Source: Deltaproteobacteria bacterium
GTDB lineage: Bacteria; Myxococcota; JACRCW01
DNA: 64,000 nt
NCBI GenBank assembly: GCA_016218805.1
Contig: JACRCW010000161.1
Span: forward strand, 1 to 64,000
Direction of reading: 5' to 3'
A model generated the notes under the pieces. It was not told where the DNA came from, made no database searches, and worked only from the letters and a program-made list of their open reading frames with translations. Every line of letters begins with the position of its first letter. The stretch's first letter is position 1. Position numbers and translations under genes: made by a program. Positions 1 through 9,287 of the stretch are shown in pieces.

Positions 1-261
1 CCCACTTTCCCCCTCCATCATCATCCCCGCGTTCCCTTGCAGCCAATTCCCGGCCTTCCCCGCGCCCTCACGTGTCCGCGCGTTGGTCAAGACCGGGAAG
101 AAACACCCTCTGCCCTGGACTGCAGTGTGAGAGACAACACAGGGCGCCAGCACGTGGCGGATGCTCATGGTGCGCTTCCTAAGCTAAGTCCGGAGCTGAT
201 GGTGGGCATGGCCGGTTCGGGTGCAGGCGGCCTGAGTGAAGGGGATGGCGCCGGTACTTCG

Positions 262-825
262 TCAGCCGGACACGGCGCACGCTGAAAAGTTGCGCAGTTG
301 TTCCAGGGCGGGGCACCCGTTGAGGACGCATTGCCGCACACCCATGTCCGGCGCCCACGCAATCTTGTTGAGAACACCGTCCCGCTCAATCGGACTTGGC
401 TTGGCCTTCCTGCCCACAGGCAGGCCCGGCCAGCACCGACGGCACGCTTCAAGAAGACTCTCCATGTTGTTCTCAAGAACAACCGGGACGACCTTCTGTC
501 CATCCACCGGATGGCGCTTCAGGATCGCACGCCTGATGTCGCCCTCATTTCTTGGGTTATCCAACTGGGCGATCTCACGAAGCCGGTCGCCATCAATCAG
601 CACCAGGATCCAGGCGAAGTCGCACGCAAGGTTCTGAAGGTCTTCCAGCAGGCACCTGGCCACCTTCTCCTTGCCCTTCATCGGGCGGGGGACCAGGCGC
701 TTCTTGAGCTCATGCGGACTCTGCTCCAACAGATCCGCGACGCACTGGATGAGCAGGACGTGCGGGCCGAACTCGGTCACCTGCTGGCCGAGCTGGTCTT
801 CGTACAGGACAATGGATGGCACCAT
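262..825 (-). CDS. TOPRIM-like (DUF4276/DUF4435-like) putative nuclease, partner of the upstream ABC ATPase
   Basis: ATG at 825, 2 nt after the ATPase stop; N-terminal IVLYED, central VLIDGD (DxD) and MESLL motifs resemble TOPRIM partners of AAA_21 ATPases. Confidence 0.55.
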   Translation of the reverse strand: MVPSIVLYEDQLGQQVTEFGPHVLLIQCVADLLEQSPHELKKRLVPRPMKGKEKVARCLLEDLQNLACDFAWILVLIDGDRLREIAQLDNPRNEGDIRRAILKRHPVDGQKVVPVVLENNMESLLEACRRCWPGLPVGRKAKPSPIERDGVLNKIAWAPDMGVRQCVLNGCPALEQLRNFSACAVSG

Positions 826-827
826 GG

Positions 828-2006
828 TCACGGCCGCTTGAAAACGGCGCTTTGCAGGCCTTCCGCGCGAAGCTGGCCGATGCCGCGGTACTTGTCCCGC
901 CACCTGGCCAAGGCCTCTGGATCAGGCCGGACAAGCTGCGTGCCCTGCTCGCCGTCCGCGACGCAAAGGACGACTGACTTCTCTGGCTCGGAGAGCATGT
1001 CCAGCAGCCGGTCCGAATGCGTGGTGATGATCACGGGGCATCTTTCGCCAAGATCCTCAAGCATGGCCACGACGCGACCAAGGAGCGCCGGGTGGAGATG
1101 ATGTTCCGGCTCATCCAGCGCAAGTAGGCTGGGGGCCTTGGGCACCCGGGTGAGGGCCACGAACGCCAGGTAGGCGAGTTGCCCGTCAGAGAGCGTGAAC
1201 GCACGCACGTCCTGCCCGGCGATTCTCACCGAGAGCGCCGCTCTCCCCCCACCAGGGTCCGCGTGAATGTTGATGTCTTCCACGCTTTGACCCAGGCCCA
1301 TCCGGACCAGTTGCAGCGTCTCCTCCCAGGCTGGCCGATCGCCATTCTTGAGTGCGTGCAGCACGTTCACGAGGTTGGCGCCATACCGACTCAAACCCTC
1401 GGCTGGCTCGAACAGGGTGGAGCCGCGCATAGGAGATTCGCGCTGCATTTCACGGAGGGACCACGCCGCCCGGACTTCAAACGGCAGGTGGACGGCCAGC
1501 GCGCCAAGCCTCCCTGCCAGGCTGTCCGTCGGAGGGGGCTCGGTGGCGTCCAGTTGGGCTGCCACAGTCTTGTCGTGAGCAAACGAACTGGCGACCAGAT
1601 CCCCGCGTTCATCCACCATCCTCCCCTGGCGGTCGGTTCTTTCATCCAAGACGTCGCCAGCAACCATCAGTTTCTCGGAGGCGATGTACGCGCCACCGGG
1701 TCGTCTGCCGATCTCACAACTGTAGACGACTGGTGCCGGGCTCTTTCCGTCGTCAAACGAGACACTGAGCATGATGTTGGAACCGTCGGTCCTGCCCAGT
1801 TCCGCAAACCCGCCATGGATGCGGTGAAATTCCGAGATGAACTCCCGCCGCGGCGCCTTCCTCAGCAACTCAATGCCCTCAATGAAGGTGCTCTTGCCGG
1901 TGCCGTTTTCGCCTATCAGGACCGTGAGCCCGCTGTGCAGCGCGAGTTTCACGTCACGGAGGCAGCGCAGCCCGGCAAGCCGGATTTCCGAAATGCGGTC
2001 ACTCAT
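828..2006 (-). CDS. ABC/SMC-type AAA ATPase (AAA_21/AAA_15-like)
   Basis: Walker A GENGTGKS, signature LSDGQ, Walker B LLALDEPE, H-loop ITTHS. Confidence 0.9.
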   Translation of the reverse strand: MSDRISEIRLAGLRCLRDVKLALHSGLTVLIGENGTGKSTFIEGIELLRKAPRREFISEFHRIHGGFAELGRTDGSNIMLSVSFDDGKSPAPVVYSCEIGRRPGGAYIASEKLMVAGDVLDERTDRQGRMVDERGDLVASSFAHDKTVAAQLDATEPPPTDSLAGRLGALAVHLPFEVRAAWSLREMQRESPMRGSTLFEPAEGLSRYGANLVNVLHALKNGDRPAWEETLQLVRMGLGQSVEDINIHADPGGGRAALSVRIAGQDVRAFTLSDGQLAYLAFVALTRVPKAPSLLALDEPEHHLHPALLGRVVAMLEDLGERCPVIITTHSDRLLDMLSEPEKSVVLCVADGEQGTQLVRPDPEALARWRDKYRGIGQLRAEGLQSAVFKRP

Positions 2007-2251
2007 GACGCGTGTCTGCTAACGCAAGTTGGGGAACCTGTCACCGTGGAAACGGGTAGGCCGCCCATCCGGGTGACCCGCTGACCACACACCCCTTCGG
2101 CCCCGCAGAGCCGCCCGTCCGGCCTTCTGGAAACGCGTTGGTATGCATGCATCGGCCATCCCGGGCGGAAATCCTGCACCGCGGCACTCTTTTCGGCCAG
2201 CGGTACTCTGCGCGGGCCGGTGGTCCACGTCGTCATGCGTCTTTGTCGCGC

Positions 2252-2420
2252 TTACGCGGCGAAGTCCGGCGGCCCCATGGCGCGCGGGTGCACGGTGGTC
2301 TGCGCGGTATGTTCCAGATAGCGCGCGATCTCCTCCGGGTCCTCGATGATGGCGATCGCGGTCATCCGCGCGTAGCGCTTCGGGCGGTCGAGCGCGCTGA
2401 TGTCCCACACGCCGTTCTGA
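2252..2420 (-). pseudogene. Remnant of IS91-family transposase C-terminus
   Basis: Translation VWDISALDRPKRYARMTAIAIIEDPEEIARYLEH...PRAMGPP resembles the IS91-like tail (RVF.ID.L.CP.CGG.M.IIA.IEDP.VI..IL.H...RGPP), with the cysteines lost and no upstream body. Confidence 0.55.
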
Positions 2421-2462
2421 CGGTGGTTGCGCCGGTGTGCACGCGGCGGCATATGGCCGGGC

Positions 2463-3740
2463 ATGAGCCGGGTTCTCGTCGTCGCCAGCAAGCGCACCTA
2501 CCGCCTGGATGACATCACTGCGGCCGGCGCCCGCCTGGGGTTGGCGCTGGTGCTTGCCACGGACCGCTGCCACGTGCTGGCCAGCGAATGGAAGGACGAC
2601 ATCCTCACGCTGCGCTCGCTCACCGACCGTGACGAGGCCTGCCGCGTCATCGCCGTGTCCCACGCGCTGGCCCCGTTCACCGCCATCGTCGGCACGTGTG
2701 ACCTGTCCACGGAGCTGGCCGCGTACGCGTCGCGCCGGCTGGGCCTGCCCACCAATCCGCCACAGGCCGCGGCGCTGGCGCGCCACAAGGGGCGCATGCG
2801 CCAGGTGCTGCAGGATGCGGGCGTGGCCGTGCCGCCGTTTCACGAGTTCAGCCTCCGCGCGGACGGCAGCGTGCCCGTTGCCGAGCTGGTGCGGGCGGCG
2901 GAGCAGGACCTGGGCTGGCCCGTGGTGGTGAAGCCGGTGCTGCTGTCCGGCAGCCGCGGCGTCATGCGCGTGGATGATGCGGCCGGCATGGAGGTGGCCG
3001 CGCGCCGGCTGGGCGCCATCCTGGCGGACCCGGAGCTGCGGGCCAGCGGTGAAGAGGGACACCGCCGCGTGCTGGTGGAGCGCTACGTGCCAGGGGACGA
3101 AGTGGCGGTGGAGGGACTGCTGCGCGACGGCGCGCTCAGCGTGCTGGCGTTCTTTGACAAGCCGGACCCGCTGACGGGGCCGTTCTTTGAGGAGACGCTG
3201 TACGTGACGCCGTCACGGCACCCGCCCGCGCGGCAGGCGGCGGTGGTGCGCGCGGTGCAGGACGCCGTGCGGGCCATGGGGCTGGTGCAGGGACCCGTGC
3301 ACGCGGAGGTGCGCATCACGCCGGAGGGCGTGCCGTTTGTGATTGAAGCGGCGGCGCGGTCCATCGGCGGGTTGTGTTCGCGGATGTTGCGCTTTGGCAC
3401 CGGGCGGACGCTGGACGAAGTGGTGCTGGGCGCCGCGGTGGACCGCGCGCTGGAACTGCCCGCACGGGAGGCGCAGGCGGCGGGCGTGATGATGATCCCC
3501 GTGCCGCGCGCGGGCACGCTGCACGGCTGGGAGGGTGAGGCGGAGGCGCGCGCCGTGGAGGGGGTGGTGGAGGTCACCATCACGGCGCGCCCGCATGAGG
3601 AACTGGTCCCGCTGCCGGAGGGGCAGAGCTATCTCGGGTTCATCTTTGCGCGCGCGCGCACGCCGGACGCGGTGGAAGCCGCCCTGCGCGAAGCGCACCG
3701 CCGCCTGCGCTTTGAGGTCACGCCGCGGTTGCTGGCTTGA
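2463..3740 (+). CDS. ATP-grasp domain protein (L-amino-acid ligase-like)
   Basis: Motifs RHKGRMR, WPVVVKP..SGSRGV, VERYVPGDEVAVEG, HAEVR, IEAAARSIGG; strong GC3 bias. Confidence 0.85.
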   Translation: MSRVLVVASKRTYRLDDITAAGARLGLALVLATDRCHVLASEWKDDILTLRSLTDRDEACRVIAVSHALAPFTAIVGTCDLSTELAAYASRRLGLPTNPPQAAALARHKGRMRQVLQDAGVAVPPFHEFSLRADGSVPVAELVRAAEQDLGWPVVVKPVLLSGSRGVMRVDDAAGMEVAARRLGAILADPELRASGEEGHRRVLVERYVPGDEVAVEGLLRDGALSVLAFFDKPDPLTGPFFEETLYVTPSRHPPARQAAVVRAVQDAVRAMGLVQGPVHAEVRITPEGVPFVIEAAARSIGGLCSRMLRFGTGRTLDEVVLGAAVDRALELPAREAQAAGVMMIPVPRAGTLHGWEGEAEARAVEGVVEVTITARPHEELVPLPEGQSYLGFIFARARTPDAVEAALREAHRRLRFEVTPRLLA

Positions 3741-3812
3741 GGGGCCTCAACCCCGCACGTGCTTTCGGGCGCGTTTCCGGAAGGTGCCGCCCGCCGTCGC
3801 TGCCCAAATGCG

Positions 3813-4325
3813 TCACTTTGCCTTCCGGGGCACCAGCTTCTCCAGTTCCGCCAGCACTTCCTCATCATGGCCTTGCGGCTTGACGTCATCCCACGTCCGC
3901 ACCACGCGGCCATCCGGGCCAATGAGCACCGTCTTGCGGGACGCCCACAGGCCGTTCCAGAACCCGTACGCCTTCATCACCTTGCGGTCCGGGTCCACCA
4001 GCAGCGGGAAGTCCAGGCCGTATTTCGCCTTGAACTCGCGGTGGCTCTGCGCGTCCTGGCCGCTGATTCCCAGCACCACCGCGCCCAGCGCGTGCAAGCG
4101 GTCCCGCGCCGCGTTGAACTGCTTGGCCTCCACGGTGCACCCGGGCGTGTCGTCCTTGGGGTACGCGTAGAGAACCACCGGCATGCCGCGGAACTGCTCC
4201 AGGGACACTTTGTTCCCCTGTTCATCCACGGTGGTGAAGGGTGGCGCCGGCTGGCCCGGGGCGGGCAGGGCCCACGCCGGCCAGGAGCAGGCGGTCAGTG
4301 CAATGACGACGAACAGGCGCTTCAT
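3813..4325 (-). CDS. bcp: Peroxiredoxin (BCP/PrxQ family) with signal peptide
   Basis: YAYPKDDTPGCTVEA active-site motif; GGAGG RBS upstream; N-terminal signal peptide. Confidence 0.85.
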   Translation of the reverse strand: MKRLFVVIALTACSWPAWALPAPGQPAPPFTTVDEQGNKVSLEQFRGMPVVLYAYPKDDTPGCTVEAKQFNAARDRLHALGAVVLGISGQDAQSHREFKAKYGLDFPLLVDPDRKVMKAYGFWNGLWASRKTVLIGPDGRVVRTWDDVKPQGHDEEVLAELEKLVPRKAK

Positions 4326-4414
4326 GTCGGGTCCTCCAAGGAGCGCACGGAGCTAACGGGCTCGCCCGGTGCGGGCAACCGGGGGGTTGGCCGCACCCCG
4401 CCGCGCGATGCAGG

Positions 4415-6142
4415 ATGGCCGCGATGGGCGCGCTTGGCTTCGCACTGCTCCTTGCCGTCTCCGCCGCGGAGGCGGATGCGGGCGCCGGCCCAGACCCCGC
4501 AGCACCCGTTCCACCACCGTCCCCGACGATGGCCGCGCTACGTTCCGGCGCGGCGTCGGCGAGGATGCGCGCGGTGGTGGCCCTGACCCGCGCGGGAGAC
4601 CACGCGGCGGTGCCGGAGTTGGTGGACCTGTTGGCCACGGACCCAGACGCGGAAGTACGCGCGCGTGCGGCGTGGGCGCTGGGCGAACTCCACGCCGCGG
4701 ACGCCGAGGCAGCGCTGCTGCGCGCCCTTCGTGAGGATCCTGCGCGGCGGGTGAAGCGCGCCGCGGCGCTGTCACTGGGGACGCTGGACACGGCGCGCGG
4801 GCGCGCCGCGCTGACCGCGGCGCTGCAGGACGACGACCGGCAGGTGGCGGCCGCGGCGGTGGACGCCATGGCGCGGTCCCATGCGCCGGGAGCGCAGGCG
4901 TGGCTGGAGCGGGCGGCCGCAGACTGGCGCCCGCTGGTGCAGCTCACTGCCCGGCGCGCACTGGCCCGCCGGCGGGTGGAGGAACCGGCGTCCCAGGCGC
5001 GCCGTGCCACGCCCGCCTGGCCGGTCCCCGCCGCGCGCGCCTGCCGCGGTGACGAGCGCCCCCCCGACTGCGCCTGGCGCCCGCGCGGCGCGGGCGTCCC
5101 GCGCGCGGACCCGCTGTTCATTGGGAGTGGCGCGCTGCTGGGAGGTCTGGCCGGCGCGTTCCTGCCGGACGCCGTCCGGCCCTACCGGCGCGGCACGGTG
5201 ATGACCCCGCTGCGCTCCGCGCCCGCGGACAACACGCCCTCAGCGCTGGAGCGGGCCATTGCTGGCGCGGTGGGCGCGGCCGCCGGCGCGTCCGCCGCCG
5301 CGGCGTGGACGCTGGTTGACGACGTGTCGCTCACGCGCGTGGGCCTGGTGGGGCTGCTCACGGCGGAGGCGGTGGGCCTGGGCGCGGCCGTGGCGCTGGG
5401 GACCGCCGCGTCACGCCAACCCGCCGCGGGGGCCATGCTGGCGCTGGGTGGCGCTGGCGCGGTGGGCGCCACGCTGCTCACCTGGCCCATGCGGGACCTG
5501 GCCTTGGGTGACGTGGCCGCGGTGGGTGCGGCGGGTGCGCTGGGTTTTGCCAGCGGGTTTCTGGGCGCGTTGGTGGTCGTGCCGGCGGGCGCCGGCCGGC
5601 AGCGCGGGCGCGAAGGCTTTGTCGTCGACATTGCCGACCTGGTGGCGCTGGACCGGGACGTGTACCGGCTGCCGTGGGGCGCCGTGGGGCGGCTGCAGCT
5701 GGCCGCGGCCAGTGGCCTGGTGGGCGCGGCGGCATCCAGCGGCGGCGCGCTGCTGCTGCGGCCGCTGGTGGAGGTGGGCGTCACGCGGATGCTGCTCACC
5801 GTGGGGGCGGCGGCGCTGGCGGCGGGCGTGGTGGCCCTCCCGTTGCTGCTGTGGATGCCGGTCCCGCCGTCCCCGCTGCCCACGCCGGACCGGTTTGCCG
5901 CGGGCACAGCGCTGCTGGCCGGCGCGGGTGCGGGCACGGCCGCGTTTGTCCTGGCCCCCAATGACGACGGGCAGCGGCCGCTGCTGGGCCTGGAGTTCCC
6001 GCGCCTGGCGCGCCGCGGCGGGGCCCGCCCGGCGGTCGCGCTGCGCCCGCCCACCGCGGCGGTCCTCCCCCCCGTCCCCACAGCCACGGGTGCGCTGTCG
6101 TCGCCGGGTCTGTGGCTGGGCCTGGTGGACGCACGGTTCTGA
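4415..6142 (+). CDS. HEAT-repeat protein with Gly/Ala-rich membrane C-terminal region
   Basis: Signal peptide; HEAT repeats (DPDAEVRARAAWALG, DPARRVKRAAALSLG); multiple hydrophobic segments. Confidence 0.7.
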   Translation: MAAMGALGFALLLAVSAAEADAGAGPDPAAPVPPPSPTMAALRSGAASARMRAVVALTRAGDHAAVPELVDLLATDPDAEVRARAAWALGELHAADAEAALLRALREDPARRVKRAAALSLGTLDTARGRAALTAALQDDDRQVAAAAVDAMARSHAPGAQAWLERAAADWRPLVQLTARRALARRRVEEPASQARRATPAWPVPAARACRGDERPPDCAWRPRGAGVPRADPLFIGSGALLGGLAGAFLPDAVRPYRRGTVMTPLRSAPADNTPSALERAIAGAVGAAAGASAAAAWTLVDDVSLTRVGLVGLLTAEAVGLGAAVALGTAASRQPAAGAMLALGGAGAVGATLLTWPMRDLALGDVAAVGAAGALGFASGFLGALVVVPAGAGRQRGREGFVVDIADLVALDRDVYRLPWGAVGRLQLAAASGLVGAAASSGGALLLRPLVEVGVTRMLLTVGAAALAAGVVALPLLLWMPVPPSPLPTPDRFAAGTALLAGAGAGTAAFVLAPNDDGQRPLLGLEFPRLARRGGARPAVALRPPTAAVLPPVPTATGALSSPGLWLGLVDARF

Positions 6143-6188
6143 CGGGGCGCTCTTGCCTCGCCGCGTGGCGGCTTCTAGGACCCACGCC

Positions 6189-7034
6189 ATGGTTGCCATC
6201 CCGCAGACGCAGGAAACGTTCATGGGCCCCGTCCCCGTCGGCGGGAACCACCCGCCGGTGTTCATTGCCGGCCCGTGCGTGGCCGAAGACGCCGCCATGG
6301 CCTTTGGCTACGCGCGCCGCCTCAAGGACATCACCGCGCGGCACGGCGTGCCGTTTGTGTTCAAGGCCAGCTACGACAAGGCCAACCGCACCAGCGGCCA
6401 GAGCTTCCGCGGTCCGGGGCTCAAGGAGGGCCTGGCGTTCCTGGGCGCCGCCGCGCGGGAGGTGGGCGTGCCGTTGTTGGTGGACGTGCATGAAACCGCG
6501 CAGGTGGGGCCCGCCGCGGCGGTGGCGGACGTGCTGCAGGTGCCCGCGTTCCTGTCGCGCCAGACGGACCTGGTGGAGGAATGCGCGCGTTCGGGCCGCG
6601 CGCTCAACGTCAAGAAGGGCCAGTTCCTGGCGCCGGATGACGTCACCCACATCCTGTCCAAAGCGCGCGAAGCCGGCGGGAAGAACCTCACCATCACGGA
6701 GCGCGGCACCACGTTTGGGTACCACAACCTGGTGGTGGACATGCGCGGGCTGTGGCTGATGCGGCAGTACGGCGCGCCGGTGATCTTTGATGCCACGCAT
6801 TCCGTGCAGCTGCCCGGCGGCGCCGGCGGCAAGAGCGGGGGCCAGCGGGAGATGGTGGCGCCGTTGGCGCGGGCCGCCGCGGCGGTGGGCGTGGACGGCT
6901 ACTACATGGAGGTCCACGAGAAGCCCGAGCTGGCCAAGAGCGACGGCCCCAATGCGCTGACGTTTGAAATGCTGGACGAGCTGGTGGGCGACCTGGTGCG
7001 CATCCACCGCGCGGTGGGCCGGGTGACGGCGTGA
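6189..7034 (+). CDS. kdsA: 3-deoxy-8-phosphooctulonate (KDO8P) synthase
   Basis: IAGPCVAE, FKASYDKANRTS, PAFLSRQTDL, NVKKGQFLAP, DATHSVQLPG, SDGPN motifs. Confidence 0.97.
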   Translation: MVAIPQTQETFMGPVPVGGNHPPVFIAGPCVAEDAAMAFGYARRLKDITARHGVPFVFKASYDKANRTSGQSFRGPGLKEGLAFLGAAAREVGVPLLVDVHETAQVGPAAAVADVLQVPAFLSRQTDLVEECARSGRALNVKKGQFLAPDDVTHILSKAREAGGKNLTITERGTTFGYHNLVVDMRGLWLMRQYGAPVIFDATHSVQLPGGAGGKSGGQREMVAPLARAAAAVGVDGYYMEVHEKPELAKSDGPNALTFEMLDELVGDLVRIHRAVGRVTA

Positions 7035-7558
7035 CGCAGCGCCCGGCGCCCGAGCAGCTGGCGCGCGTGCGCATGCTCGCCTTTGACGTGGACGGCGTGC
7101 TGACGGACGCGCGGCTGTCCTACGACGACGGCGGCGGCACGGCGCACAGCTTCCACGTGCGTGACGGCCTGGCGCTGGTGCGCGCGGTCAAGGCCGGTCT
7201 CCCGCTGGCCGCCATCTCCGGCCGCCGCGCCGTGCAGGTGGCGCGCCGGCTGCGCGAGCTGCGCGTCCACCAGGTGCGGCAGGGCGTGGACGACAAAGAC
7301 GCGTGCCTGCGGTCGTTGTGCGGCCCGCGCGGCGTGGATCCGGCGGACGTGGCGTACATCGGTGACGACGTGGTGGACCTCCCCGTGTTTCGCATCGTCG
7401 GCGTGAGTGCGTGTCCGTGTGATGCGGATCCCGCGGTGCTGCGCTTCATGGAGGCGCACGGCGGCTGGGTGATCCCGCACAAGGGTGGGCGCGGCGCGGT
7501 GCGTGAGGTGGTGGAAGCAATCCTGCGCGCCCAGGGGCGCTGGCAGGAGGAGGGCTAG
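7031..7558 (+). CDS. kdsC: KDO 8-phosphate phosphatase (HAD family)
   Basis: FDVDGVLTD and YIGDDVVD motifs, GGRGAVREV; GTGA overlap with kdsA. Confidence 0.93.
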   Translation: MTQRPAPEQLARVRMLAFDVDGVLTDARLSYDDGGGTAHSFHVRDGLALVRAVKAGLPLAAISGRRAVQVARRLRELRVHQVRQGVDDKDACLRSLCGPRGVDPADVAYIGDDVVDLPVFRIVGVSACPCDADPAVLRFMEAHGGWVIPHKGGRGAVREVVEAILRAQGRWQEEG

Positions 7559-7561
7559 CGC

Positions 7562-8524
7562 GTGACCGGCCCCCCGGTAGTGCAGCGCCCCCGGCGCGCG
7601 GCGGCCCGCCGCAAGCCGCTGCGCAAGCGCATCAAGCACGGGATTGCGTACGTGCTGCTCCGCGCGGTGTGGGGCACGCTGTCACTGCTGCCCGCCGGCC
7701 TGCTGGAGCGCCTGGCCCGCGTGCTGGGGACGCTGTTGGCCCTCACGCCGCTGCGCGCCGCGGCCGTCCGCAACATCACGCTGGCCTACGGCGCCGCGCC
7801 CCCGTCGGAGCGGTTCCCCACGGCGGACGCGCTGGCCCGCGCGTGCCTCACCCACTACGCGCTGACCCTGATGGAAGCCGTCTGCCTGGACCGCTGGCAG
7901 CCGCACCTGCTGCAGGCACACGCGTCCATCCCCGCGGGCATGCCGGAGCTGGGTCAGCAGATCATGCAGCGGGGCAGGGGGATCGTCGTCGCCACAGGAC
8001 ACATTGGGAACTGGGAGATGATGGGGCGTGGCATTGCAGCGGCCGGGTATGACGTGTGGTCATTGGCCAAGGCGCCGTTTGACGGGCGCGTGGCGCGGTG
8101 GCTGGAGGACTGGCGCCTGCGCGGGGGCGTGAAGATTGCCAACCGGGGTTCCCAGGCCACGCTGCGCGCGGTGAAGGAACACCTGGGGCGCGGTGGCGGC
8201 CTGGGCGCGCTGGTGGACGTGGACACGCCGGTGAAGAGCGCGTTCGTACCGTTCTTTGGCACACCCGCGCGCACACCCACCGCCGCGGCGGACCTGGCCC
8301 TGCGTTTTGACGCCACGCTCGTTGTCATGTGGTCCTGGCGCGAACGCTTTGGCGTCCACAGCGGCGCCCTGGTGGAACTGCCGCTTGGCCGCACGGGTGA
8401 TGACGACGCCGACGCGGTGCGCCTCACGCAACAGGTCACCGCCGTGCTGGAGCAGGCCATCCGCGCCCACCCGGAACAGTGGATTTGGACCCACCGCCGC
8501 TGGAAGACCCGCCCGCCTGCGTAG
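7562..8524 (+). CDS. Lipid A biosynthesis acyltransferase (LpxL/HtrB family)
   Basis: TGHIGNWE motif, FVPFFG, PEQWIWTHRRWK; in operon with kdsA-kdsC. Confidence 0.9.
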   Translation: MTGPPVVQRPRRAAARRKPLRKRIKHGIAYVLLRAVWGTLSLLPAGLLERLARVLGTLLALTPLRAAAVRNITLAYGAAPPSERFPTADALARACLTHYALTLMEAVCLDRWQPHLLQAHASIPAGMPELGQQIMQRGRGIVVATGHIGNWEMMGRGIAAAGYDVWSLAKAPFDGRVARWLEDWRLRGGVKIANRGSQATLRAVKEHLGRGGGLGALVDVDTPVKSAFVPFFGTPARTPTAAADLALRFDATLVVMWSWRERFGVHSGALVELPLGRTGDDDADAVRLTQQVTAVLEQAIRAHPEQWIWTHRRWKTRPPA

Positions 8525-8653
8525 CCCGGTTCGCACTCAAACGGCGCCAGAGCGGGAGTTCTGCGTATCCGCCTTCGCACCCGCCCACGTTGTTTGATGA
8601 CATGCACAATTATTCCAGGCCGTATGGACGCGGAATTGGGTTTTCCACCGCCC

Positions 8654-8670
8654 TTGGCAGGCCGCTTGCT
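8654..8670 (+). promoter_or_regulatory. Sigma-54 (-24/-12) promoter
   Basis: TTGGCAGGCCGCTTGCT matches the YTGGCACG-N4-TTGCW spacing, about 90 bp upstream of the ORF at 8760. Confidence 0.65.
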
Positions 8671-8759
8671 CAAACGCCGGCCGCCCGCCCGGGGGATTTG
8701 GAGACCCGGTTCGCAAGTTGGACCCAAGGTCGCGGCGGCAAACCAGGAGAGCCACACAC

Positions 8760-8960
8760 ATGTCACCGAGTCTGAAGCATGCGGTCAGCAACGGTAACCT
8801 GATGGGCAAGGCGGAGCTTGCGCGGGTGATGTACCAGGAGCTGCGCGCCAGCGGCTGCGGCACGGAGGACGTGCTGGCCATCTGCACGCAGATCATTGAC
8901 GAGATCACCAGCGAGCTGAGCGCCGACGCCGTGCGCGATGCCGAGGCCACTGCGGCCTGA
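8760..8960 (+). CDS. Small hypothetical protein (66 aa)
   Basis: AGGAGA RBS; strong GC3 bias; amphipathic helical pattern (LARVMYQELRASG...VLAICTQIIDEIT). Confidence 0.75.
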   Translation: MSPSLKHAVSNGNLMGKAELARVMYQELRASGCGTEDVLAICTQIIDEITSELSADAVRDAEATAA

Positions 8961-9106
8961 GACCGGCGCCTGCGGGCGCCACCCCCCCCAACAACCCCAC
9001 ATTCCGACGAAGGGGGCGCCCCTGGAGGGCGCCCGGCCGCATACTTCCGCACGGGCGGGCCACCGTGCGCGGGCCATCCCCGCCGGATGCCCGCGTGCAC
9101 GCCCGG

Positions 9107-9137
9107 AAAAAGAAAGGGCCCGCTTGTCGCGGGCCCT
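9107..9137 (-). terminator. Intrinsic terminator downstream of tRNA-Asn
   Basis: Hairpin AGGGCCCGC-ttgtc-GCGGGCCCT with an A-rich tract on the + strand (U tract on the - strand). Confidence 0.75.
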
Positions 9138-9145
9138 GCGTTGGT

Positions 9146-9221
9146 TGGCTCCGGAGGAGGGACTCGAACCCCCGACCCAGCGGTTAACAGCCGCTTGCTC
9201 TACCGGCTGAGCTACTCCGGA
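9146..9221 (-). tRNA. tRNA-Asn (GTT)
   Basis: Reverse complement TCCGGAGTAGCTCAGCCGGTAGAGCAAGCGGCTGTTAACCGCTGGGTCGGGGGTTCGAGTCCCTCCTCCGGAGCCA: 76-nt cloverleaf, anticodon GTT, encoded CCA. Confidence 0.98.
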
Positions 9222-9287
9222 ACATGACGCCTACGGCGGAGGTTAATCACCACGGCCGGCGTTGCGTGTCAACTGCGGGGGACTTCG

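Noticed and set aside
2010..2030. GCGTTAGC upstream of the ATPase, reminiscent of an integron core site
   Set aside because: Does not fit GTTRRRY exactly; no RYYYAAC inverse core or attC hairpin found after the gene pair; no integrase
5259..6188. Apparent 310-aa N-terminal extension of KdsA
   Set aside because: Off-frame overlap with the HEAT-repeat gene; Trp/Arg-rich non-protein-like composition
9146..9221. tRNA-Asn as an island integration site
   Set aside because: No integrase, no duplicated tRNA 3' end seen, and flanking genes look like core genes
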